Source of the DNA: Octopus sinensis | Taxonomy: Eukaryota | Reading direction: 5' to 3' | NCBI RefSeq assembly: GCF_006345805.1 | Contig: NC_043018.1 | Location: forward strand, 2,852,001 to 2,916,000 | DNA length: 64,000 bases | Shown: positions 11,786 to 23,478 of the stretch, in pieces | Layout of the letters: every line of letters starts with the position of its first letter | Position numbering within the stretch: the first letter of the stretch is position 1 | Program-made: the position numbers and the translations under genes | Notes under the pieces: model-generated | Databases searched by the model: none | What the model saw: only the letters and a program-made list of their open reading frames with translations | Told to the model about the DNA's origin: nothing

Positions 11786-14700
11786 TCATAGAATCATAGT
11801 CAAGGTGGCTTCGTCATTCATACGTGCCATCCTTGCTACATTCACCCATCTTTTTTTAAAACATTCACTAGACAAAACTTGCCTCTCTACTCTCACTTTT
11901 TTCTTCAAGTGATACTTGAAGAAGTTGATGAGAGATTGACCAGAGAGGAAAGTGTTTGTCTCTAATCCTTTCAGACGCGTCCACCAGATACATTCTTTCG
12001 CCATAGCCACAAGTATGATAAAAATAGCTCTCCTTCCCGCTTGAAGGAAGGAGGCGTGACGATATTAACGATAGACTCGCTGATAAACCGACACGTCCCA
12101 CACGTGACAGCAGTCGTTCGACATAAGCCCACAGGTGGGAAATTGCTGGACACTGCACGATTGCGTGCAGAGCGGTTTCGTCGCTCTGCCCGCATCGGGC
12201 AGGTCGGCCCCGTGTTCCTCGAGCCATGCCTATAGAGCTTACCCGAACGGGTAGCGCTTCTCGGTAGCCCGCCAGGCCGGGATCTCTGGAAGTTGTCCAT
12301 AGGTCCCGGGCCGAAAGTCGTTTGAAACAGGCGGGTCAGGTATTCCTCGTCGACGCCCAGGTTTGCCCCGAGCTCGTCGTCGTACCTCCCCTCCACTAAT
12401 CCCCTATAGAATGCTTTGGTTGTGTTGAAGTCACTCAAGGTCGACCCGGGACGGCAGAGTTGCTTGAGAGCAACGCGACACTCGCGGTGCCATTCGCCCT
12501 TCTTCGGCCTCTTTTTGATCCACGACTGTAGTTCGGTCATGGAGACGAGTTGCGGGAATGCGTGCCTCACAAACGGCGACCACACCTGTTCACCGTAGTC
12601 TACATAGAGCCGGAGATGTCGCAGTCTCAGCGCGTGTCTGCGCATCATCAACCACGGCATGCCCAGCCCTCCTTTTAACGGGTGTTGACAGCAAATGGAT
12701 CGCCTGACCATCGGGACGCATCCTTTCCACAAGAAGCGGAAGAGGATGCGTTCTAGTTTGGTGATGGTAGGGTCGGGACAAGGTACGACGGTCAGGCGGT
12801 AGTAGATGATGGACGCGATGTACGCGTTCACCACCTCCGCCCGACTTTTAGGGACAGTTTCCTCTCGGCCCATTGCTGGGCGAGAGTGACCACCCTACTC
12901 GTTATCTCGTTCCAGTTCTTCTCCATTTGGAGGTCCGGACCGAACCAGACCCCGAGCAACTCAACCGGGCCGTCTGTCCAGCGTCCCACGACGGAGGTAC
13001 TGGTGGACGGCATGGGTTTGCTTCTCCAGGTGCCGAGCCGCAAGCCCACTGACTTTTCCCGGTTGATTTTTGCTCCTGTCACCGCTTCGTAGTCTTTCAG
13101 TGTCTCGCCGACCCGCTCGATGTGCTCGTGGCTTGACACTATGACGGTGACGTCGTCCGCGTATGCAGACACGTCGTCCCGCATCCTAATTCTCGCGGGA
13201 TGCCCCTCAGAGTCGCCAGCTTCCGCAGTAGTGGCTCAAGAGTCAATACGTATAGAAGCGCCGAGAGAGGGGCAACCCTGACGGACCGAACGTGCAATGT
13301 CGAAGGTCTCGATAGATGTCCATTTACGCGAATTACCGAACGGATGCCCTGTACAAGGCAGCTATCCAGCCGCGGAAGACGGGACCGAAAAAGCCGCTCT
13401 CAGGACTGCCTCCAAGTATCGATGGTCTTACCCTATCAAAGGCTTTCGATTGATCCAAGTGATCAGGGCCCCACCCATGCCAGGTTCGTTAACTACCTGT
13501 CTATGATGTAGCGCATCAGATGGAGTTTGTCATGGATGCTCCGGCCCGGCACGGCGCACGTTTGTGCGTTGTCGACCAGTTTCTCCATGACAAGCGCCAA
13601 CCTCTTGGCAACACCTTTGTCAAAATTTTCAGGTCTGCATTGAGCAGAGTGATTGGCCTAAAGTTATCTATAATGTTTCCCTTGTTTGGATCTTTCTTCA
13701 GCAGAGTTACAGCTCCTCGACTCACAAAACCGGGTATGCTCCCGTTTTGCTGCCAGTTGCAGTATACCGCTGCCAAGACGTCTCCAAACAAGTCTGGCAT
13801 ACAATAGTAAAATTCGTAGGGTAGACCATCCAAACCCGGTGATTTGTCCCTCGAGCATTCTGCCATCGCTTCCCGCACTTCCGCCGCCGTGATGGCACCT
13901 TCGCAGCACCCTGCCTTTCTTGTCGAGAGTCGTGGCAGGCTATGTAGGTAGGCACTGAAGTCTACCCTACGTTCTTGCCCTCCACTCGTCCCGAACAGTC
14001 GGGCAAAATGCTGCTGAAAGGCCTCACACATTTTACTTGGCTCGAGCAATTCGCGCCCCTGTTCATCTACCAGTGACCGAATGGTGGCTTTGTTGCCCTG
14101 TTGCGCCTCTGCCACCGGGCCTCTCTCGCGGCTCCAACACCTTCGTTCCTTAGAGCACGCATCCTAGCTCTGACAGCACATCCTTCGTGTTTGGCGTTGA
14201 AGTGTTGGTCGAGGGCCAACCTCGCCGCCAAAACGTCGGATGCGATGCCGCTTCTAATTGCCTCTTCTAGCTTCTTAACTAGCTCACCCTCTACTCTATT
14301 TCTATCTATGGCTAGTGCTTTGCTGTACCTAATCGCTTCTGCTTTTACTGCTCTCTTGAGGGCAAACCACCATTTGTTGTTGATGATGGCTCCCGTCAAA
14401 GCCCTCTTTACTAGTGTGCTAATCCGGTCTCTGAAAACTTGTCTGGACGGGAATGATGCGTTCAGTTTCCAGTACCCAGGACCCTGTCTATGTGCCTTAT
14501 CTAAGTCGAGCGTACACGTCACCAATTTGTGATCCGTGTAGCTGACTGTGTGGAATTGTGGACATCCTAAGTTATCCTTGTCTACTGTCCTACACAGTAT
14601 CCTATCTAGATACGATCTCGACGACCCACTGCGGTTGCTCCATGTCCACGTTGGTGCATTTGGGTGGTCGAGTCGGTACCTGTCAGACAGTTGGAATCGT

Positions 14701-15208
14701 CTGAGCAGGTCTCTGAGGCATTTGCATCCCCTTCTGTTTCTGTCTCTACCCACGTAGTCTACATGCGTGTCCAAGGTAGCATTCCAATCCCCCACTAAGA
14801 GTAAAGGACGAGACGTTCCCAAGAATACTTCTAGACGTCGAAAGAAATCCGCCCGACCTGTTAAGGGCGGTGCGTAGACTGATACGAGTCGAAAAGCGCA
14901 CCCATTGCTGCCGTCAACATCCAGAACGATCAGTCTACCCTCCGGGTCTACGAATATCGTCTTGACTTCGAGATCCAGGCTCTTGTGAAAAAGTACCGCG
15001 GTGCCACTACCGCCCATCCTCGGCAGACAGGGAGCGAAATAAATGTTAAACTGTCCGCCAAACATGGACTTTAGGGCCCGTGGCTCGTGGAGTCTGGTCT
15101 CACTTATGGCTATGATTCCAAATCATGTGACTTGATGTCATTTAGGAGGTATCCTTGTTTCCAAGGAGACCCCAAGCCACGCGCATTCACACAACCAATC
15201 TTGACCAT
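11786..15208 (-). pseudogene. Tx1-like ORF2 (APE endonuclease + reverse transcriptase), frameshifted
   Basis: Starts MVKIGCVNARGLGSPWKQGYLLNDIK. It contains LLVGDWN, YLDRIL, YTDHKLV, KSPGLDGLPYEFY, FRPITLLNADLK and SAYADDVTV (13152-13163), and ends ..EATLTMIL* at 11786. It is split over several track ORFs by indels. Confidence 0.9.
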
Positions 15209-15258
15209 GATTCTATTGGGGTGTGTTGCTTTAAAACACACAAAGAAAGTACAGAGAG

Positions 15259-17364
15259 TTACTTACTTGTGTCGAAAGTTTTGGCTTCCTCGTTCTTTGA
15301 TGTGTCTTCGAGGAGGTTTCTATATAGTTTTTGGGACAGATATTTCTGGAAACCCCCTACAGCATTTGGGAAGAGGGCTTTGAGTTTGTGGTGTTGTGTT
15401 TGTGTGATTGTAGTATTTTGATGTGTTCGGGTGGGTAGTGCGTGGATGATTGCTATTTTTAAAGTCATCTTCACAAATGTTTGTGTATCCTGTGATGTAC
15501 TCCATTAGTTGGAGTCTTTTGTGTCTATCGCTGATAGCATTGTTTTTGTGGTGTTGGTGCTTGTTTTGTTGTGTATGGAGTTTTCAGGGTTCAGGTATCT
15601 CCTGCTTTGGTTGCGATTTCTTGTTTGGTTTTTCTTGATCTTTTTCTTTTACCCCCTGTGGCTATTTGCCATTCTGTCGAACTTTCATCGTTAGATGAAA
15701 AGTCTGACGAATCAGAGGGGGGCAAGGGTGAAGGCGTCTGGGTGTGTTTGTGCGGTTGTAGATATTGTTGTGGTGCGTGGGGAGGGTGTTGCTGGGGGGT
15801 TTGTTGTGGTTATTGTCTCTCCTACATCCTTGGTGCTTGTCTTCTTCGTTGTTATTTTGGTGTTGGAATTGGTTTATTTGTTGTTGGTGGTGATGATTCT
15901 GTTCTTGGCGCTGGTGTTGGTGTTTGGTGGGGTTGGTTGTTCTTTGTTGTTTTTCCTGCATTTCCGCATACAGCTTCTTGACTAGCTGTCCATATTGTGG
16001 TGTGGGCAATAATCCTGGCTTTTGTGTTTTTTTTTCCTGTGGCTGTGTTGTTGTTGTAATTTTGCGGCAGATTTGCACTCCTTTTTGAGGTTGCCTCACT
16101 GCCACATGTATAGCATCGTGGCCTTCTGCCCTCGACTACTACGTATAACTTGCGGCCATCCTCAAGATGTACGTGGGTGGGGATTTTATTTATGTCCTCT
16201 TGACTTATGTGGAAGAGGAACTCTATTCTCTTTCCCAGCCAGTCCTTGTTTTCCGAAACACGATTCTAGGAGGATGTTTATGTCCTCCATTTCGGATGTT
16301 ACGGCGGATGTAATCCACAGTGTTGTAGTCACTTGGGGGACACCACTGATAATGACTTTCGTCACCTTCTGGCCGAGGTAACTCGGTGTCAACGTTAGTT
16401 CATCAGAATGAAGGGTTATCGTTGAGAATTTCTTCGCCAACTCTTCATTCTGAAAAACCACCTGTACGTGTGCGAACTTGTTCGCCCAAGTCACACAATC
16501 CTGTATCCCCAGATGGGGCGTAAGCACTTTTCGACTTTGTCTGTGCTTGCCTTTTCTGGACTTTTTGTTTTTTTATTTGTGATTTTATATACAATTGTCT
16601 TTTTTTCTCCTCATTCAGTAGATGTGAGGTATGTGTAAGAGTATTTTTCCGTTTTGATTTGTAATAAGGTTTCTGCAATCTTTAACTGTTGTGTAGTAAA
16701 CGAAACTTTTGTTACCTTTTCTTTTATCGCCTCGGCGAAGTTTGTTGTTGTTTTGTTATTGTTGTTACTGTTGATGTTGATGGCAGGGGTGGGGTTGTAG
16801 GTTTGTGGTTGCTGATTATGCAACTAGCAAGGGGTGGAAAATGCCTGCGTAATTTAGTCCGCATTAGCGCAAATTTCGGCATTTCGTTTGCTTGTCGTCG
16901 TTATTTTTTCACTTGTTGGTGATGGAGTGAGCAGTGTTGAAGGGAATTGTTGTTGTCGTCGTCGTCGTCGTTGTTGTTGTTGTTGTTGTTGTTGTGTTGT
17001 TGTTGTTATTGTCGTTCTTGGTGACGGCGGTGGTGTAGTAGTATTAGTAGCATTGACGGCACGGTCTTTGGTGGCGGTGATGGTGATGTTTGTATTGTTA
17101 TTGGTGGCGACGTCTTTAGTAGGGATAGCAGTTTTAGTAGCAGATTCTGCCATGGTGTTGTTGTCGGTGTGGTGGTGGTGGTGGTGGACTCACTGATGGT
17201 GTTGACGGTGCTTGGCCTTGCGACCTTTGTTTTGTATTTTGTGTGTTGTCGATGTTGATGGTGGCGGAGTTGTCAGGTTCAGCGTAAGGTAACAGAGCAT
17301 CCTGTTTTTCTGCCTCTGCGTCACGGTTGACTTGCATCTCAGCCTCGTGGTGACCAGTGGCCAT
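15259..17364 (-). pseudogene. Tx1-like ORF1 (low-complexity N-terminus, RRM-like core, CCHC knuckle), frameshifted
   Basis: Starts MATGHHEAEMQV. It contains the core HVQVVFQNEELAKKF..KVIISGVP, and the knuckle CYTCGSEA.. at about 16074-16114 is broken by a 1-bp indel. Confidence 0.8.
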
Positions 17365-17586
17365 TTTGGAAATAAAATGGCTAAATGAAACCACGAAGGC
17401 TATGAGAATTTTTTCTTTTAAATTTTGCCCACAAGGGGCCAAAATTTGTGGGAGGTATTATCAAAGGTTTACAGTGGATGTTGTTGCACAACTTTTAAAC
17501 ACAAAATATTTCACAATAAATAATTTTCAACGTACAAAATGACCAACTTACGTGGAGCCCATTTGACTAGCGTCCGTCCGTCCGTC

Positions 17587-17598
17587 AGATAGATAGAT

Positions 17599-17653
<55 letters not shown>

Positions 17654-17686
17654 GGATGGATAGATAGATGGATGGATAGATAGATG

Positions 17687-17761
<75 letters not shown>

Positions 17762-17790
17762 GGATAGATAGATGGATAGATAGATAGATA
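17587..17790. repeat. (GATA)n/(GATG) array at the 5' flank of Tx1 copy 1
   Basis: Direct reading. Confidence 0.95.
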
Positions 17791-18607
17791 TAAATATATA
17801 CTTACTTATATATCTATGTGTGTGTATACACATATGTATGTACATATATATACTTGTGCACGTGTGTGTATGTATGTATGCGTGTGTGCGTATATATGTA
17901 TGTTTGTATGCCTGTATGTCTATAATACTTACACGTTTAGTGTTTGCAGATATGTATATATACATATACCTGCACATATAATTTTGTAGATAATTTGCAT
18001 ATATATTTCTATATACTCAAACAACATTCTAATATATGTTCACATGCACACAAACTGACTCTAGCATACACACACACACATACATACAAATATCCAGCGG
18101 GTCTCTTCCAACCGCTTTCATTCTCCAACATCTAATCGACCTGTGGTGATGGTCACAGCGTTTACAACAAGTGTAATACGCAGTGGTATTGATCGCAAAG
18201 TGGAAATGTTTCCATGTCCAAACTCTTGCTGTACAATGTCGTCACACAGCAATACCTCGATGTACGTATTTATTACGCTGGTAGATATTATTTTAACATG
18301 CAGTAGAGGAAACAGCGAGGAACATAACTTGAAAGAGAACGAAAGCATGTAAGAAGAAATAATACACACATATATTACAGCGTAATTATCTATGAAGCCT
18401 CCATTTTATGTACAGGAAGTTAACACGAAACCTGGTATACAAAATTTCTTAAATATTAACCTGTTGTACATGTAAGAATTATTGCAATATATAAGAAGGT
18501 AACTCTATCGAATATATCAAAGATAAAATAGAATGATATAAACGAAGAAATATAGATATACAATCAAATATGCATGTATGTGTGTATGTTCACTATAGCT
18601 CTATATT

Positions 18608-18680
<73 letters not shown>

Positions 18681-18739
18681 GTGTATATATATACATATAT
18701 ATAAATGTGTGTGTGTGTGTATTTATATTTCTAAACATA

Positions 18740-18823
<84 letters not shown>

Positions 18824-19019
18824 ATATACATATATAGTGTGTGCGTGTGTTTGCGTGTGTATGTAGATATATGAATATATAAGTGTATACATATAAACAG
18901 ACACGCGCACACACAATGTACGAGCGTATACAAATATATACATAATTCACGCTGTTGTTTCAGTAATATTCTTTAATGCCATATTTCCATAGACAGGAGA
19001 GAGAGAGAGAGAAATAAAT

Positions 19020-19054
<35 letters not shown>

Positions 19055-19639
19055 AAGCCCACCTACAACCTCCTACAATCTTTTTGAATATGAAATAACG
19101 AATATATCGAAGTCCCTGAAGCAAATCGTAAAAAGGTATTTATTGAAATGCATATTGTGATATTATATACGTATTTCAATATATGGCTTGATTAATTTTT
19201 CGTATATCTTTTCTCGTTGGCTAGTCTGATATATTACCGCATATATCACCACTCTTGAATCTGTTGGTGAGGTTTCTAGTTCTACTGAGGTCATTCCTTA
19301 AATGTCTTGGACAGAAAACTGAAAGTCTCTGTTGTTCTTTGCATTTGTTTTACAGTTTCATTGACTACGGGTCCTCCACTGGCTTATAAAACCAACAAGT
19401 GATTTGCTCATCTGTTGCTGAGGCATCGTTTCTTTTCCTGCGTTGCAATAATCAACTGTTCGTTTTCTACGTCACGTTGTGCGTCTAGATCGGCTGAAAA
19501 TGTTCATACCTATAATAGATCCAATAATAGATTAGCTGCTTGAAATTATTTACGAATGTCGGTTGAAGCGTTCACGAGCTAACCAAGACACTCTCTTGAA
19601 ATTTAACCAAACGAATTTTATTTTGCAGCATCGTCCCCT

Positions 19640-20040
19640 TTCAGTTCTATATTTAAGAGATGAGGAATTATGTACATTATTTTCATTATTTACATTTGAC
19701 GGATATTTGTCCTCTTCCTGTTTGTTATTAACACAACGTTTCGGCTGATATACTCGCATATTGCGTAATGGTTACGAACGCGGGCTACTAACCCCAAGAT
19801 TCCGAGTTCGATTCAAGGCAGTGACCTGCAAAATAATAATAGCAGCAACAACAACAACAACAACAATAATAATAATAGCAAAAACAACATCGAAAACTAC
19901 CTTAGGAATGAGAATCCAGTTTCGAAGATTCCCCAAGACACCTGAAGATGGCTGCAGAGTATATTAGCTGAAACGTTGTGTTAGCAAGAAACAAGATGAG
20001 GACAAATATCCGGAAAATGTCAATAATGTAAATAATGTAT
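19640..20040 (+). mobile_element. tRNA-headed element with a hammerhead-bearing tail (about 19761-20040, +) and an inverted partial copy of its tail (19640-19756, -)
   Basis: A-box-like TTGCGTAATGG at 19761-19771 and B-box GTTCGATTC at 19806-19814. Hammerhead at 19937-19982. The inverted copy shares TATATCAGCCGAAACGTTGTGTT..GAGGACAAATATCCG..AATAATG. Confidence 0.7.
19937..19982 (+). ncRNA. Minimal type I hammerhead motif
   Basis: GACAC-CUGAAGA-U-GGCUG(10 nt)UAGCU-GAAA-CG-UU-GUGUU. Stem I is 5 bp, stem II is 5 bp (CAGCC in the inverted copy gives a perfect stem), and stem III is the palindrome AACGUU. Confidence 0.65.
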
Positions 20041-21015
20041 CGTCCCCTTTGTGTTACACTCCTTCCCTTGTTGTAGCGCTTAGATTCCATTGCTAAAGAG
20101 GTTTCCATTCTGTCGGTCAAAAACTTCATCAGCAGCGGATGTGACGTCGTCATCACTGCAATATTATTTGCCAGAGAAGTGTTATCTTTTTTTCCATTTT
20201 GAAAATTAGATGGTGATCAGGTAGCTCCAAATCAAGAAAATTGGAATGTGATCAGCCAGTTCAAATACATAGACAAGCACAGCAGCCATTCAAAGCAAAT
20301 TTTTTGTGCTGGAACATTACCCTTATGAAAGCAAGTTTTCCTGCTCGTTCGATCTTGATAGCCTTTCGTAACTGCCTTGGCAAGTTGACATAGTACCCTC
20401 CATTGAAAATGGTCAAGAAACACAACACTTTTGGCATCTGAAAACACTAATGCCATCACCACCTTGCAGATGAAATAGCTTCGTCTTCGTTGGCGCACGT
20501 GAGGAAGAGGTGTTTTAGCTGTATACATTGTCTCATCGTCTCTGACTCGAAGTGTTGAAGACAACACTTTTACTGGTTTAGGAAACATTCGCGAAAACCA
20601 GCTGTATCTACATCAAACAATGTCAGATATTCATGTGCGGTGATCCGGCTGGTACGCTTTTCAAGAGGTGTCAGAAGGCATCCACAGAAACGAAACGTAC
20701 GTGACGCCACTCAATTTCATTGTGCAGAATATTCTCAACTCTCTCACGGGATATGCTAATAGCATTGGTTATTTGATTTATAGTCAATCGCCTTTCATTT
20801 ATCATCTTCGTTGCTGGCAGTTCGGGGCGTTGAGACCTTTTAATATATTTCAAACCCTCTCTTGCCTACCTAAATTCAGCTGGCTCTTTTTACATTCCTG
20901 ATAAAGCTGGAGCATCATCGTCAAACGTAGTAACAGTATATGCGTGAATGTCGTTGGGGTCTAAACACTTTTTCTGCAGAAACATGATTACACCACGACG
21001 CTAAATTTTGTCCAT
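20041..21015 (-). pseudogene. Decayed near full-length mariner (DD34D-type) transposase
   Basis: MDKI*RRGVIMFLQKK..EFR*AREGL....RSQRP; RRLTINQITNAISISRERVENILH; DET..; KVVMALVFSDAKSVVFLDH; FHKGNVPA; SDDDVTSAADEV...NGI*ALQ. Motif order is collinear with mariner. Many stops and frameshifts. Confidence 0.8.
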
Positions 21016-22539
21016 TTTCAAGAGAAGTCATTACTTGGTTTCAAGTCTTCATTGAACAGTCAGATATAATGCTACATGCAAAGGAACAATGCAGTCACTA
21101 ATAAGAAGCGATTGAAGTGAGAGCATGGAAGATTTCACTGCTCTAGGGTCACTCCTTCATAGTCAGCCTACGGACTCTTCAACCCACGCCCGTGCATTGA
21201 TATTTGTCCTTTTCAGCGCATTTGCGCAGATGACTTCTGATCTCCAGCTTTGGAGAAGAAAACTTGTCCATATTTATCATACTAAAAGCATGGGACTGTT
21301 GCAGCAAAATGATTCATTTTCTCCTAATTGCTTACTAAAATTCTAAGGAAGATCCTTTAAAACTTCTTTATGTCAATGGCTGTTTTTGTAAGGAAATTAC
21401 TTTTATTTATTAAAGAAGATTCCCAGTTATTTCACTATTGCATTCAGTTAGAGAAACTTTCACACATTCCTTAAATCGAAATATATGTTTTATCCTTTGG
21501 TCTAGCAGCAGTCGTCAAGCGCAATAAATGAATCGTTTTGATCGTCTCTTCGTGTGTGTGTATATGCGTGCATGTGTATGCGTGTTCGTGTGTGTGTGTT
21601 GCATGCCTGTATGTGTGATGTTCGTGCACACACACATATATATATATAGATAGATAGATAGATATAGATATAAATCTGTGCATACATGCACGTATATGTA
21701 TGTGTATATTTATATGCGTATACGTATGTTTATATGTATGTATGTCTGTATGTATGTATATAGTTGCATGTTAACTTATCTCCTTATAACTGGCGCTTTC
21801 CAAGGCGTGGGTATGCATCTCGCCTTTCATACATACAATCACGATACATGCTAAGATTGAACTAATGTCCTTTGATGACTCATTTTGCGAAACAATGAAG
21901 GCGATGTACTGTGCCGTTTATCCATAGGATTCCCTTCAGTAGATGTTGTCGAACTAACATGATACAACAATCAAAATCTGTCTCGTGCCTGTGCTTTCAT
22001 TCCCCCGTTTAACATTTTCGGTTGACTGATAAATTTATTCGGTTCCCCCCCCCCCCCTCCAATTATTCAATCCTTCTCAGTGTTATATGAATTAACAAAA
22101 ATAAAAAATTATTGTCATCGTAATGTTTTGTGATATTTGAGGGTTAATTTTTCCTCTATATCTGTTCATTATCGGTTTCGAAATTTGCATAAATTTGAAC
22201 TTTTTCATACATGTAACGCCAGTGTGCCAATCAAATAAAATTAAAAAAACAAAACAAAAGAAAACCGGAAACGAACGAATTTCTCTATCAGTACTATAGA
22301 TGACATCAGCTTCCCTATCGATGTGGAAGTTCAAAGTTAATGTTAGCATTTTCCTAGTGATGATGTCCGCTATGCTGTTTTCCTTAGGATCCCGTCTACA
22401 TCCCAAGTGTTTGCACCAGCTACGGCTTGCGGAAGCACTGTGGATATCACTCAGTACTGAAAGCTCTTGTGCCTAGACCTTCTCAACTCCGTTGCGGTAA
22501 CCCTTATCATACTTGTTATACTCACCCCCAAAACACATG

Positions 22540-22586
22540 CAAAATCAGAGATAGATATACAGACAGACACATATATAGGTAGATAA

Positions 22587-22659
<73 letters not shown>

Positions 22660-22687
22660 AGACAGACAGAGAGACAGACAGACAGAC

Positions 22688-22768
<81 letters not shown>

Positions 22769-22998
22769 TGTTTCTTTATTGGCCATACGGGGCTGAACAC
22801 ACAGGGGACAAAATACAAAGTAGAGCTTTACTTTTGGGGAAGAGAATGAAAAATAAACGGAAAGTGGGATAGAAATTCGATCAAAAGGGATCGTTAAAAA
22901 GTAGCCGATTAATAGGGATTGTGTATCAGATATATATATATATATATATAGATAGATAGATAGATAGATAGATATATAGATAGATAGATAGATAGATG

Positions 22999-23041
<43 letters not shown>

Positions 23042-23080
23042 GGATAGATGGATAGACGGATAGATTGATAGATGATAGAT

Positions 23081-23111
<31 letters not shown>
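22540..23111. repeat. (GATA)n array interrupted by a Tx1 3' fragment and abutting Tx1 copy 2
   Basis: Direct reading. Confidence 0.95.
22768..22927 (-). mobile_element. 5'-truncated 3'UTR fragment of a diverged relative of the Tx1-like element
   Basis: Shares GATAGATATGTTTCTTTATT(a/g)GCCA and CGATCAAAAGGGATCG with both full copies. GATA/TA repeats on both sides. Confidence 0.8.
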
Positions 23112-23112
<1 letters not shown>

Positions 23113-23478
23113 TGTTTCTTTATTAGCCACACAGGGCTGCACACAGATAGAACAAATTACAAGGTACAGCTTTTCTTTTGAAGGTTTAAAAAAAAAAAAA
23201 GGAAAGGGGGGAGTTTCGATCAAAAGGGATCGTAAAAGGAAGAAAAGAGAGACAAAAAAGGGGGGTTAAAAAAGGGGGGAGAGGAAAAAAAATTGATCAA
23301 TAGGGATCGTTATCACAGTAATGTCAATATGAAGTGTAAAGGGGAGGACAGGTGAGGTTTACCCGTGGAAAGAAAAGCCTACGGAAAAGACCACGGTAAC
23401 CTCGGTCAATGAAGTCACATTTTATATTTCTTTTTTTTTTTTTGCAAATAAGCAAATCTCTGTTTTCAATTTCTGGGT

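Larger units (their letters stand above)
11360..17586 (-). mobile_element. Full-length L1-clade Tx1-like non-LTR retrotransposon, copy 1
   Basis: 5'UTR, ORF1, ORF2 (APE endonuclease, RT with YADD, C-terminal zinc motif) and a 3'UTR of about 430 bp ending AATAAAGAAACA joined directly to (TATC)n. (GATA)n on both flanks. Confidence 0.92.

Noticed and set aside
19761-19825. Functional tRNA gene (also the heads at 331, 2843, 38818, 41842 and 63095)
   Set aside because: No complete cloverleaf or acceptor stem. Each head continues into a repeat body, so these are SINE heads.
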